Of a stretch of DNA of 64,000 nt, positions 52,055 to 63,500 are shown piece by piece (position 1 is the first letter of the stretch; every line of letters begins with the position of its first letter). A program made the position numbers and the translations under genes. The notes under the pieces were generated by a model that saw nothing but the letters and a program-made list of their open reading frames with translations, was not told the DNA's origin and made no database searches. Location: positions 4,064,001 to 4,128,000 of the forward strand of contig OZ240245.1 of the NCBI GenBank assembly GCA_965198175.1, in the 5' to 3' direction. Origin of the DNA: Candidatus Poribacteria bacterium (GTDB taxonomy: Bacteria; Poribacteria; WGA-4E; PCPOR2b).

Positions 52055-52095
52055 GATTATGGTTTTGGATTCGTTGCAACTTATGTATTCCGTTT

Positions 52096-52158
52096 GTAGT
52101 AGGGCAATTCATTTAGCCTTGCGGCGGAATTACTGCCCGTCAAACCGAATGCGACTAC
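52096..52158. repeat. Degenerate GTAG-type REP with a short insert
   Basis: GTAGTAGGGCAATTCAT[~21 nt]TGCCCGT...GACTAC. Confidence 0.45.
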
Positions 52159-53021
52159 CGTGTTGGCTGATTTGTTAATTCTGCAATGCCGTTCGCAAGG
52201 GCGGCAAATTCCGAAATGTTCAATGTTTCGCCCCGTCGGCGTGGATCAATTGCGAGTTGGTCAAAAATGTCATCCAGCGCTTCAGCGGTGATAGGAACGT
52301 CATTTTTCAGCAGCGCGTTTCGCAACATTTTCCGGCGGGCTTGGAACGAAGCACGAACAATCCGAAAGAATAACGCTTCATCGGTAACGACGACCTTCGG
52401 TGCATCGCGTATCTTGAACTTAACAATTGCGGATTCGACCTGTGGAGCGGGATAAAAGCAATCCGGTGGAAGAACCTGAACAATCTCAGCTTCGGCGTAG
52501 TAAGAAATCCCAATAGTAAGCGCCCCGTAGGTTTTGCGCCCCGGTAATGCAACAATCCGCTCAGCAACCTCCTTTTGCATCATTAGGACACAGATACCTA
52601 TCTGTCTATGGTGCCCCAATAACTTCCAGAGAATTGGGGTCGTTATGGAATAGGGTAGATTTGCGATGACTTTTGTGTTGGTTCGAGGGAATTGATTGAG
52701 CAGAGTGGAGAGATTTACTTTGAGAACATCCCCATGAATCAATGTGACCTTCGGACAATCTAAGAATTTACGCTGTAATTCCCGATATAAAACGTTGTCG
52801 AACTCAATCGCAATGACCCGCTTGGCGTTGGCTGTGAGTGCCGACGTCAGAAAACCCAACCCCGCTCCGATCTCCAATGCAAAATCTGCGTCCGTAAATC
52901 CCGAAACATCTACGATCTTTTCAAAGATGTTTGGGTCGATTAAAAAATTCTGACCCAGCCTTTTTCTGGGGCGAGTTCCGGTGCGGGCGAGAAATTCACG
53001 TACTCGTTGATAGTAGGTCAT
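52155..53021 (-). CDS. rsmA: 16S rRNA m6,2A dimethyltransferase
   Basis: KRLGQNFL, LEIGAGLG, ANLPYSIT, RRKMLRN, RRGETL. Confidence 0.96.
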   Translation of the reverse strand: MTYYQRVREFLARTGTRPRKRLGQNFLIDPNIFEKIVDVSGFTDADFALEIGAGLGFLTSALTANAKRVIAIEFDNVLYRELQRKFLDCPKVTLIHGDVLKVNLSTLLNQFPRTNTKVIANLPYSITTPILWKLLGHHRQIGICVLMMQKEVAERIVALPGRKTYGALTIGISYYAEAEIVQVLPPDCFYPAPQVESAIVKFKIRDAPKVVVTDEALFFRIVRASFQARRKMLRNALLKNDVPITAEALDDIFDQLAIDPRRRGETLNISEFAALANGIAELTNQPTR

Positions 53022-53276
53022 CTTCAGTCCAAAGATTGGCTCATGTTACGAAATCGTGCAATAGAGGGGGTGACTTCATGAACCATGATACTCTATTTTG
53101 ACCCAGTACCACTGAGACTGTCAAGTGCAAAAAACCTTTCTCACAGCGTGTACAGGCCTACAATTCGTCAGGTCTTTGATGCCCTGACACTTGGTTTTGA
53201 TATTTCGGTCTAATTGTGTTATTATTTCCGTGTACTGTTGTGTGCACATTCCCCTTATTTTACGCATTGTGAAAAC

Positions 53277-54170
53277 ATGATAATAGGTATCCTCTCCCTC
53301 GCCAGTCAAAACCATGCGACCTACCGATTGGTTGAGTCCGCCGTTGCGTTGGGTCATACTCCACACGTCCTCAATCCATTTAGGTTTTATCTGCACGTTG
53401 GCAGCAAAGGGAGACAGATTTACTACGAAAATAACCCCGTCGAAGACTTCGATGTCGTCTTGCCCCGTCTGAGCTCCTCCACAGCGAAATACGGTGAGGA
53501 GGTCGTTGCTCACTTTGAATGGGTCGGCATCCCCGTGATTAACCGGGCGCAATCAATTGCAAACGCTCGTAACAAATTCCGCACTCTCCGTATTCTCGCT
53601 CAACACGGCTTGCCGGTTCCGCCAAGTTTTACCGCCGGTTCAGCTCAATTTTTGGATCGAAGCATCCGTGAAACGGGGGAATACCCGTTCATCATGAAGC
53701 CGTTTGAAGGAACGCACGGGAAAGCCTTTCTGCTCCTCGACACACGAACCTCCCTCACCTCAGCCGTCGATGCAATGTGCGATCTTCATCAAGATTACGT
53801 CATTCAGCCTTTCATCAAGGAGTCTTTAGGTAAAGATGTGCGCGTAATTGTTGTCGGCGGAAAGGTAGTTGCCGCGATGCAGCGAACGGCGCCGGCTGGG
53901 GAATATAGAACAAACATCCATCGCGGCGGCGAGGGACATCCAATCCATCTCCAAGACGAATATATTGAGACGGCGATTCGCGCCACCGAAGCCATAGCAC
54001 TAGAGGTCGCAGGGGTAGATCTGTTGCAAACATCCGCAGGTCCGATAGTATTAGAGGTCAATCCATCGCCGGGCTTTGAGGAGGTCGAAGCAGCGACCGG
54101 CATCAAGGTGGCAGAGGCTATTATTGCGTTTGCGGAGGAATATTCTCAGAAGGTAAAACGGGAAAGATGA
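53277..54170 (+). CDS. RimK-family ATP-grasp ligase
   Basis: DVVLPR, DVRVIVVG, YRTNIHRGG, AGVDLL, EVNPSPG. Confidence 0.9.
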   Translation: MIIGILSLASQNHATYRLVESAVALGHTPHVLNPFRFYLHVGSKGRQIYYENNPVEDFDVVLPRLSSSTAKYGEEVVAHFEWVGIPVINRAQSIANARNKFRTLRILAQHGLPVPPSFTAGSAQFLDRSIRETGEYPFIMKPFEGTHGKAFLLLDTRTSLTSAVDAMCDLHQDYVIQPFIKESLGKDVRVIVVGGKVVAAMQRTAPAGEYRTNIHRGGEGHPIHLQDEYIETAIRATEAIALEVAGVDLLQTSAGPIVLEVNPSPGFEEVEAATGIKVAEAIIAFAEEYSQKVKRER

Positions 54171-54443
54171 GCCCTTCTTCGCCACAATGATTGAACCCGT
54201 GAGCGTTTTGCGACTATGAGTTATTGCGTTCGACCCTTCACGTTGGATCGCAGCTATGCCGCAAGCGGGTACAAGATCCTCACCCAATGCGTGACATTGA
54301 TTCGTCCCCTTTTTTGTATCCAACATCCAATTACAGTCGTTTGTATGGCAAAGTTGAACTGCGACGCAATGTTCAGAAAAAAGGGAACGCTGTATCGCGC
54401 AATAGCGTATTACGACAAACAAGTCAGAAGTGGAGCTTGTACC

Positions 54444-56906
54444 ATGAAAATTCACAACAATCTCACAGTATTTATGCGATTGGCATTGGTAATATTCATC
54501 TTTTCTATTGGGTTCGCATCAATTGGGTTGACAGATTCAGACTTCGAGAATCGCCGCCGAATTTTCGTTGGAACAAACGTACGGGCACTCGGTATGGGGA
54601 GCGCATTCACCGCTGGACCATCGGCAAGTGATAGCCATTTTTGGAATCCTTCAGCACTAGGCTTTTTGAAAGGCGCAGAGGCATCACTGGTCGGATTGCC
54701 GTTCTCGGAAACGGCTGGAAATCGAGAAGGTGCCTTTTCATTTGCACTCAATCCGCATGAATTAGGGATTGCAAGGGAAAATATCGGAAATATGTCCATT
54801 TCCTCTTGGTTTGATGGATGGGGAAACGATGATGAACTGAACCGACTCATGATGGTGGGATATGGTCTCTCGTTAGGGCGAGAAGTTGCAACCGGCGCGA
54901 CGATTCGTCATCATCGTCGGAACAGCTCATTACGAACGCAGCTCGGATGGAGTTTCGATCTAGGTCTTTCATTTTCACGGAAATTGCCTCGCGTAGGGCG
55001 CCAAATCGCCTTCGGCTTAGCTTTTGAAGATTTGGGGGGACACTTCTGGGAAAATGGTCGACTCGTCGAAAAGATGGCGCCAGTAACGCGACTCGGAACG
55101 ACATATCACCTCGACAACAACACCATCTTTTCCGGCGATATCGTCCTCCACAACGATAAACAACATAATTGGCAGGACCGCTTTCGAACGCATCTTGGTG
55201 CAGAAAGATGGCTATTCAATAATCGGCTTGGGCTCCGCATCGGATATACCGGTATCGCTAACTACGACCGATTCACAGAAGGTGAATGGTCGAGAGGATT
55301 TGGGGTTCGCAGCGAATCTGGACAGCTTGACTATGCCTATGTCAATGGTAATGAATTGGATCAGGGAATCCATTGGATTTCAGCAACGATACGCTGGGGC
55401 GGCACCAACAAAACTCCGGTCCCTCAATCACCAATCGCAACGGCGACAGAAGTAAAACCGATAGAACTGACGGAACCGACGCAAATCCTGATGCCCCAAC
55501 AAATTCAAACGAGTCTTCGGATTTCGGAAGAAGCTATCTCGCCGAATGGTGATGGGGTCAGAGATTTGGCGGTCTTTGATATTGATGTGACTGGAGATAC
55601 CGCTTGGCAATTAGAAATTCGGGATGAATTTCGCGAATTGGTTCAGACCTATTCTGGCACCGGAAAACCGATGAAAGCCGTCGAGTGGGATGGAAAGGAT
55701 GTACATGGGAACCTCGCGCGCGATGGACGGTACATCGTCCAACTTATCTATTCAGATGAGGCGGGCAATCGACTTCCGCAACGCAAAATGACAGTGATTG
55801 TTGATACGATCCCTGCTGCGCTCAAGGTGTCCGCGGAACCGCTGATTCTATCGACACAAGCAGGCACCCATCCTCATGATGAATTCGCAAGCAACGACTT
55901 GGTTGTCAACGTGCCGACCGTCCACGTGCAGGCTTCAGACCTGAATCCGATTGGGCATTGGGAGCTTCAGTTCTTCAACGATACCGGCAGCGCTATTGAC
56001 CAAATCAAGGGAGAGGGCGATCCACCGAACACGATGGTTTGGAATAACTGGCGCCAGCATGAACTACCCACAGGCGCCGATCCCCAATACCGATGCGGAC
56101 TCACGGTCCACGATTTCGCGGGGAATCGGGCAACCCACGAGACAACGTTTGCGTTTATTGATTTAAAGGGAGGGCTTGACCAGAGGCAAGCAACAGATGA
56201 ACACAACGTAAAACGCGAACTGGTTCTGACGATGCCGGAGTTGGCATTCGACTCAAACTCGTTCGAAATCAATGACGAGTCTCGACCGTCACTTGAAAGG
56301 GTCGTAGAAGCACTCGGCGCTAACCCGCTTGCTCGGGCTGTTATTGAAGGACACACCGATGATCGCGGCGACGCTGGCTACAACCGTGAGTTGTCTCGAA
56401 AACGTGCGAATGCAGTCATGACTTATCTTGTCGACGAATTCAGCATCCAACCATCGCGGTTGTCGGCTATCGGTTATGGCGAAGAACGTCCCATCACCGA
56501 CAACGACACAGAGACGAATCAACAAAAAAATCGGCGCGTCGAGATTGTAGTACTCAAAGACGAGGCGGATTCACAAGAACAGGTGAACGCGCAGGTTTCT
56601 TCAACTCAACCCGCCACTCAACAAACTCCTAAAGAGGCGATTGAGGCTGAATCCGCTTACCCTCCAAGGTACACACTGCTAGTAAGTTCATTCAAAAGCC
56701 GAGGGAACGCTCAAGTACTCGTTGAGCTATTAGAAGCGCTAGATCTGGGTGAAGCGGTCCGCCTTGCTCCGGTGATGATTCAATCTGAACAGTGGTATCG
56801 TGTGACTGTCGGTCAGTTTAGCGATAAGGCAGACGCTGCGGAACTTATCGACCAAATCAAAGCATCACATGAGCTTGAGCCACTAATCATTACAGACACA
56901 GGTTAA
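54444..56906 (+). CDS. Outer-membrane barrel (PorV/PorQ-like) plus FlgD-like Ig, OmpA and SPOR domain protein
   Basis: RALGMGSAF...WNPSAL; ISPNGDG; IEGHTD...LSRKRA...NRRVEI; WYRVTVGQF. Confidence 0.82.
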   Translation: MKIHNNLTVFMRLALVIFIFSIGFASIGLTDSDFENRRRIFVGTNVRALGMGSAFTAGPSASDSHFWNPSALGFLKGAEASLVGLPFSETAGNREGAFSFALNPHELGIARENIGNMSISSWFDGWGNDDELNRLMMVGYGLSLGREVATGATIRHHRRNSSLRTQLGWSFDLGLSFSRKLPRVGRQIAFGLAFEDLGGHFWENGRLVEKMAPVTRLGTTYHLDNNTIFSGDIVLHNDKQHNWQDRFRTHLGAERWLFNNRLGLRIGYTGIANYDRFTEGEWSRGFGVRSESGQLDYAYVNGNELDQGIHWISATIRWGGTNKTPVPQSPIATATEVKPIELTEPTQILMPQQIQTSLRISEEAISPNGDGVRDLAVFDIDVTGDTAWQLEIRDEFRELVQTYSGTGKPMKAVEWDGKDVHGNLARDGRYIVQLIYSDEAGNRLPQRKMTVIVDTIPAALKVSAEPLILSTQAGTHPHDEFASNDLVVNVPTVHVQASDLNPIGHWELQFFNDTGSAIDQIKGEGDPPNTMVWNNWRQHELPTGADPQYRCGLTVHDFAGNRATHETTFAFIDLKGGLDQRQATDEHNVKRELVLTMPELAFDSNSFEINDESRPSLERVVEALGANPLARAVIEGHTDDRGDAGYNRELSRKRANAVMTYLVDEFSIQPSRLSAIGYGEERPITDNDTETNQQKNRRVEIVVLKDEADSQEQVNAQVSSTQPATQQTPKEAIEAESAYPPRYTLLVSSFKSRGNAQVLVELLEALDLGEAVRLAPVMIQSEQWYRVTVGQFSDKADAAELIDQIKASHELEPLIITDTG

Positions 56907-56971
56907 TCATGTTCTGCTGCCACACCCATTTCTAACAGCTCGGTTCCCATGGTGATTGTTGAACGCAACGG

Positions 56972-59794
56972 TCATTCAACAATCACCATCCGCCGCGTGG
57001 CAGAATAATTGCCGGCGGACAAGCGATAGAAATAAATCCCACTTGAAACCCGTTCACCTGTATCACTCCGACCGTTCCAGTAAGCGGCTTCATCCTTTAC
57101 TGTATACTCTCCCCTTGGTTTAAGACCTAGCTGAAGAGTCCGGATGTGGTTTCCAGCGATATCGTAGATTGAAATTTCAACATGTGCCGCCATCGCCAGC
57201 CGATAGGGAATCCACGTTTCGGGGTTGAACGGATTGGGGTAATTCTGGAGGAGCGATGAGCGCTTGATTTGCCCCAACGATGTCAGCTTATGTGAAGACG
57301 GTTCCACGGAGAACGATTCGTTGGGCAGGATGAAGTTGAGCGATCTGGGATTGAAGATATATGCCGCCCCCGCGTCACTTCCGGCTTCATCGTTCCCGGG
57401 CCCTCCAACAATGGCAAAATTTCTGCTGATGGCAACAGCAACACCGAAATGTTCATAGCGTATCGGACTGAGAGCGATAATTCTTTCCTTCCGAGTCCAG
57501 AAAAATCCGCTTCGCAAAAAGGGATATACCGACCCTTTATCAATTTCCTCCGCTGGATCATCGGTATCACGGAGTAGCGGGTGATTGTGCTTCCACGCGC
57601 CAACGAGAACTCGATTGCCATTTATGGCGACAGCGACTCCGAATTCATCCGCTAACCCGGCGTCGTCAGCGACAATCTTTTCGTCCTGGATCCAGTCCCC
57701 ATCGCTACGAATAAAGATATACGCCGATCCGGCGTCGATTTCAGCATGATCGTCCTTGCGCGCCCCGACGATGAGCAAATTATCGTGGATGGCTACCGCG
57801 AACCCGAATTCATCCTCGATTCCCCCATCATCGGGGTGCAGTTTAATTTGTTGCGTCCAACGTGTGCCGTTGCGCGTAAAGACATAGGCGGCACCAGAAT
57901 TAGGGCCAGCGGCGTCATTTTGATGAGCCCCGACGATAGCAGTATCGCCGCTAATCGAAACAGAGAATCCGAACAGATCCCTTGTAATGGCGTCATCACT
58001 GGTGAGTTTGGCTTGCTGCGTCCAGCCATTTCCGTTACTCATGAAGATGTATGCTGCGCCGGAATTCTCTCCGGCGTTATCACTGCCAGATGCACCGACA
58101 ATGGCGGTTGTGCCGTCAATAGCAACAGAAGCGCCAAACTGGTCAAACATCCTTGTGTCGTCAGCAATGAGTTTCGCCTCCTGAATCCAATTGATACCTT
58201 GACGCATGAAGACATAAGCGGCGCCAGCGCTGGGACCCTTGTCACCGTCGCCACACGCGCCAATGAGGGCGATGTTACCACTGATGGAGACAGCGCATCC
58301 GAACAGATCGCCTAGAGTTGCCTTGTTAGGAGAGAGTTTCGCTTGTAGCGCCCAATTCGTACCATGACGCACAAAGACATAAGCGGCGCCAGCGTTGCTT
58401 CCGGCATCGTCATTTTCTTGGGCTCCAACGATGGCAGTGTTGCCACTGATAGATACCGCGCCTCCAAACCGGTCGTCTATTGCGGTATCCTGATCAACAA
58501 GGATTGCACGTTGCGTCCAGCCATTCTCATCAAGCCCAAAGATATAAGACACCCCAGAGTCGGGGCCACCGGCGCTATGCGATGGCGCCCCAACAATCAG
58601 AAAGTCTTCACCGATGTCAACCGCGGTTCCAAATTGATCATCCCTTTTCCCATTGCTTGCGACAAGCTGTTCTGATTGTTTCCAGAATGTTCCTTCATCG
58701 GGCACGAAGATATACGCTGCACCCACTGCCTCTGTTCCTATCTTAGTGGATTTCGAACCGATGATGATCCTCTTTCCAGTGATAGCAACGGAGTAGCCGA
58801 AGCCCGATGCTGCACTTTGGATTAGCCCTTTACCTCTTGGGTCATACGGAAACATCCGAAGTCGCACACGATTCCTGCGCTGTATCCATTCGGCACCTAC
58901 ACGCTCAAAAATATAGGCGGAACCTGTAGAGGTATTGTTTGGTGAGCCAACGACAACAATATCTCCACTGATAGCAACAGAGAATCCAAAGTTGTCTCGC
59001 GACTCTATGTTGTCCCCGACAAGTTTCGCCTGTTGCACCCAAATATCCCCGTTACGCACGAAGATATACGCCGCCCCCGAATCTTCACCTGTTGTATTGG
59101 ATCGTATTGCCCCAATGATGGCGGTATTTCCGCTTATGGCAACAGCGTAACCTAACCATTCAAATGATTTCGCATCATCGGCGATTAGTCTTGCCTGTTG
59201 AATCCAATCAGTACCGCGACGCACGAAGATATATGCACTCCCGGCATCCGCTCCAGGCGCGTTGCTCCGGTAAGATCCAATGATAACAGTATCCCGATCC
59301 ATTTGGACCGAGAATCCAAATAGGTCTTCTGGCTCTCCGTCGGAAGGGGTTAATTTTGCCTGTAGTACCCAACCGGTCTGTTTACGAAAATAAACGTACG
59401 CTGCACCTGCCTCTGGTCCTAGTGTTGAATCTCCCGGCGCACCTACAATGGCGTAATCTCCACTCATAGAAACGCTCGATCCAAATTTGTCGCCCGGCGC
59501 TGCATCACTAGCCGTGAGTTTCACCTGCCGAATCCAACCTCTTGCGCTCAGAGAGAAAATTTGTGCCGTGCCTGAGTCTCCGATTGGTCCCGGTGCTCCG
59601 ACAATGGCATATTCTCCACTGATGGAGACGCTGTGCCCCAAACTGTCGCGACTTACCGAATCACCAGACCTGATTTTGACAATGTCTGCGTACGTATCAT
59701 TCACTTGTACAATGCTAAAAAACAGAAAGATAAGAGCAGTTATTTTGAGAGTGTTACCTGAATATGGATAGGAACATTTCTTGCCATTTGCCAT
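56972..59794 (-). CDS. FG-GAP repeat secreted protein with C-terminal FlgD/T9SS-like sorting domain
   Basis: Many FG.SV.ISG..AIVGA...GAAYIF repeats; LLQNYPNPFNPETWIPY. Confidence 0.93.
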   Translation of the reverse strand: MANGKKCSYPYSGNTLKITALIFLFFSIVQVNDTYADIVKIRSGDSVSRDSLGHSVSISGEYAIVGAPGPIGDSGTAQIFSLSARGWIRQVKLTASDAAPGDKFGSSVSMSGDYAIVGAPGDSTLGPEAGAAYVYFRKQTGWVLQAKLTPSDGEPEDLFGFSVQMDRDTVIIGSYRSNAPGADAGSAYIFVRRGTDWIQQARLIADDAKSFEWLGYAVAISGNTAIIGAIRSNTTGEDSGAAYIFVRNGDIWVQQAKLVGDNIESRDNFGFSVAISGDIVVVGSPNNTSTGSAYIFERVGAEWIQRRNRVRLRMFPYDPRGKGLIQSAASGFGYSVAITGKRIIIGSKSTKIGTEAVGAAYIFVPDEGTFWKQSEQLVASNGKRDDQFGTAVDIGEDFLIVGAPSHSAGGPDSGVSYIFGLDENGWTQRAILVDQDTAIDDRFGGAVSISGNTAIVGAQENDDAGSNAGAAYVFVRHGTNWALQAKLSPNKATLGDLFGCAVSISGNIALIGACGDGDKGPSAGAAYVFMRQGINWIQEAKLIADDTRMFDQFGASVAIDGTTAIVGASGSDNAGENSGAAYIFMSNGNGWTQQAKLTSDDAITRDLFGFSVSISGDTAIVGAHQNDAAGPNSGAAYVFTRNGTRWTQQIKLHPDDGGIEDEFGFAVAIHDNLLIVGARKDDHAEIDAGSAYIFIRSDGDWIQDEKIVADDAGLADEFGVAVAINGNRVLVGAWKHNHPLLRDTDDPAEEIDKGSVYPFLRSGFFWTRKERIIALSPIRYEHFGVAVAISRNFAIVGGPGNDEAGSDAGAAYIFNPRSLNFILPNESFSVEPSSHKLTSLGQIKRSSLLQNYPNPFNPETWIPYRLAMAAHVEISIYDIAGNHIRTLQLGLKPRGEYTVKDEAAYWNGRSDTGERVSSGIYFYRLSAGNYSATRRMVIVE

Positions 59795-59934
59795 ATACTA
59801 TAATCCTTTTTGGAATGTAATTGTTAATCTGATGAACACCTTAATCATTTCCTGGCTTTTGCAGACAACTTTGGTTCTTCTGGTGATAATATTACTGTAG
59901 TGACGAGTGGTTGAATTAGTAAGGGTAATCTGCT

Positions 59935-60027
59935 TCCTTTACTTTTGTCGTATAGTTTTTGGAATGTTAAAGCATCACGACGACCGACACCCCAGGCAAT
60001 TGTTCGCCTTGTAGGCTCGCAATCCAC
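59935..60027 (-). pseudogene. IS1-family InsB fragment
   Basis: VD..TRRTIAWGVGRRDALTFQKLYDK. Confidence 0.6.
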
Positions 60028-60044
60028 CGCCCTCTAGGACGGTA

Positions 60045-60134
60045 AACCCACAATCGGGCTCACGAGGACATATGCCCGTGGTGGGGATTCAACCCACATT
60101 CTTTTCGTGTTGCACTCGCACCTCTGGAACGCAC
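60045..60134 (-). mobile_element. Probable 5' fragment of a group II intron
   Basis: Starts GTGCG (GUGYG); TTCCAGAGGTGCG...AAGAATGTGGGTTGAATCCCCACC resembles early domain I; no RT gene or domain V seen. Confidence 0.5.
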
Positions 60135-60579
60135 AACAGTTTATATTTTAGCACACTTGAAAAGAGTTTAGAGAAAAAAATGTACCAAAGATTCGGTTGC
60201 GCTATTCAAAAGTGAAACTTTGGTATAGCGCTGACGAATCGGTGTAGACGGGGCGCAATATAATTTGCTAATCTTATATGGCAACACGCTTCGTTGTAAA
60301 TCATGCCGTGTGTTTCTGTCGTCATACGAGTACAGACGTGCACTTTTTAAGACAATTCTAGCCCTAAATATAGTATACTATCAGCTTTGACAGAAGAAGT
60401 CACCGTAGACCGAAAATATAACAATAAACTTTTGGTGCATAATACAAACTAATAGCAAATTTTATGTTGACAGGGTGTAGTAATTCAGTTAATAATAAAC
60501 TTTCAAAGACATGAATGTTCTTTGAGAAGACCTCGTTTTTCTGGACGCGAAATTGGTTATTGATAAGGAGACACTCTCT

Positions 60580-63500
60580 ATGCTGGAACCGTCATTTCAT
60601 ATCCGCTTGATTGGGGCTCGGAGTCACGGCATCGCATTCATCGCTCTATTGTGGACCCTCCTCGTAGGTTCTCAACACGTATACGCCCAATCGCAGCTAG
60701 CTCAAGATGCTTATTCCATATTTGAACAAAACTGCCTTAACTGCCACGGGCCCGAAGGCGCATATCGAGAAATACTGCTGATGGATTACGTCGAACTTAT
60801 CGAAGGCGGTACGGTTGTTCCGGGCAACCCCAACGCCTCCGATTTGTATAAACGCCTGCTTGGTCCCACTGAGGATGGGGGGTTACAGATGCCGTTTGGA
60901 ACGGATCCTTTGCCCACTCAATCCATTGATGCCATTCGACGCTGGATATTGGCTGGTGCGCCCGATTGGGCAGCAGCGCCCATAACCGATAGGCCCTTCA
61001 TTTCTCCTGATGAAATCCTTGATGCCATTGAATTCCACCTCATGTCGCTTGCACCTTTTGACCGTGCCTACGCCCGCTACTTGACGCTTACTCATCTCTA
61101 TAACGCCGGTGAGCGGGTGGAATTGCTTCAAGAATACCGCAAAGCGCTCTCCAAACTAATCAATAGCCTCTCATGGGGGGTTGAAGTCACCAACCCACAA
61201 CCCATTGACGCGCAACAGACGATTTTCTACATCGATCTACGCCACTACGAGTGGGACGTAAATGAGAGCTGGGCTAAGATAGAAGATGTGTATCCCTATC
61301 ATACCTCGTTTGGCACACCCGCACAGACCGCGCTGCGGGAACAACTGGATCGGTTACAGACGGAGATGAACTGTGTCATACCTTCGGTTCACATTGACTG
61401 GTTTCTTGCGGCTGCATCTAGCCCGCCGCTCTACCACGACCTGCTTTCTCTACCACTTACGGATAGCGAGTTGGAAACGCTATTGGAAGTAAATGTCGAG
61501 AGAAACCTTGTCAATGCGCCGGGGGTTCGCGTCTGGCGGGCGGGATTCAACAATTCGGGCGTCTCTAACAACAACCGAGTAGTAGAACGGCATACCTCTC
61601 GATATGGGGCGTATTGGAAAAGCTACGACTTTGCCACAAGTACCGGAACAAAGAACATCTTTACACACCCGCTCAATTTCACGCGGGATGGCGGGGAGAT
61701 GATATTCAACTTGCCCAACGGTTTGCAAGCATACTTGATTGTCGATGCGTTTGGTGTCCGGTTGGATGAAGCGCCGATAAACATCGTTTCCAACCCTGCG
61801 GCGAGCGACCCGACGGTGCGGAACGGGATTTCTTGTTTCGGCTGCCACACGGAGGGTATGAATTCCTTTGAAGACCAAGTGCGTTCAGCGATTGAGAGTC
61901 ACACCAACCCGCCTTACGACAAAGAGCAAGCGCTACGGCTCTACGTTGAAAAGGCAGACATGGATGCCCGCGTAGAGGAAGATACGACGCGGTACCGTGT
62001 CGCGCTTGAAGCTACGGGCGGACAGTTTGGCGAGGTTGAACCGATTTCACGTTTCCACGAGGTGTTTCAGGGACCTGTGGACGCGGCATATGCCGCTGCC
62101 GTGGTTGGGTTGGCGACCGAGACCTTCCTACAAAAGGTTCGTGAAAATATGGCGTTACAGAACTTGGGTTTGTTAGCCTTAGATGCTGTGAACGGGAGCG
62201 TGAAGCGGGACGCTTGGACATCTAGTTTTCGAGATGTGATGTACGTCATAGAGGGTGGAGAGCCTTCAGTTGTGACGCCGCCCGATGAGTTGCCGGGGGC
62301 GCATGTCAGTATTCCGGATTCTAATCTGCGCGCAGCCATTGCGGAAACGCTTGGCAAAAGCGCCAATGCTCCGATTACCGTGGAGGAAATGGGAAAGCTG
62401 AGAATCCTTGATTTGCGGCACAACAGTGTGCAGGATTTGACAGGGTTGCAGCATGCAACAAAGCTAACTCGGTTAAGTATTCCTCACAATCAGGTATCCG
62501 ACCTATCGCCTGTGAAGGGGTTAACGAATCTCACACACCTAGATGTTGGTGATAATCAGGTATCCGACCTATCGCAGGTTGCAGGATTGATAGATCTGGA
62601 GTTTTTATCTATTTGGGGTAACAACATATCCGACCTGTCGCCGATCACAGGCTTAATCGAATTGCGCGAACTCTGGGCTCGTCACAATCAGGCATCCGAC
62701 CTATCGCCTGTGAAGGGGTTAACGAATCTCACACACCTAGAGGTTGGTGATAATCAGGTGTCCGATATATCGCCCGTGAGGAACTTGAAAAACCTCACGG
62801 CGTTGCACATTTACAGAAATCAGGTATCCGACATATCTGCTGTGAGGGATTTAACGAATCTCACGCACCTAGACGTTGGTGATAATCAGGTGTCCGACAT
62901 ATCGCCCGTGAGGAACTTGAAAAACCTCACGGCGTTGCACATTTACAGAAATCAGGTATCCGACATACTGCCCTTTGCAGGGTTAACCGGGTTAAATAGA
63001 TCAGATCTTGGACAAAATGACATACAGGATATATCGTCCCTTGCGGGGTTAATCAACTTGACATGGCTAAATGTTGGAGATAACGACATCTCGAACCCAA
63101 CGCCGCTTGCAGGGCTAACCAACTTAACATGGTTAAGCGTCTATAACAATCAAATCTCGGATATATCGACACTCGCAGGGCTAACCGGGTTAAATCATCT
63201 GGATATTGGAAGCAATCAAATCTCGGATGTATCGCCACTCGCAGGGCTAACCAACTTGAAATGGTTAGGCGTCCATATCAATCAAATCTCGGATGTATCG
63301 CCACTCGCAGGGCTAACCAACTTGAAATGGTTGGGGGTCTATAACAATGAAATCACTGACCTTTCGCCTCTCGCTGGGTTACGAGAAAATACAACAGTCC
63401 TTTCTCACGGCAATCCGGGGTTCCCCACCGACGCTCCGAAAATAGAGGGACCCTGGTTATGGGTCGTAGTACCGGATACAAGACTCCTCTCGGGCACAGA

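Noticed and set aside
60073..60098. tRNA 3'-end or att-site fragment (GTGGGTTGAATCCCCACCACGGGCA on the minus strand)
   Set aside because: T-loop lacks TTC, there is no rest of a cloverleaf, and the group II intron reading explains more of the flanking sequence
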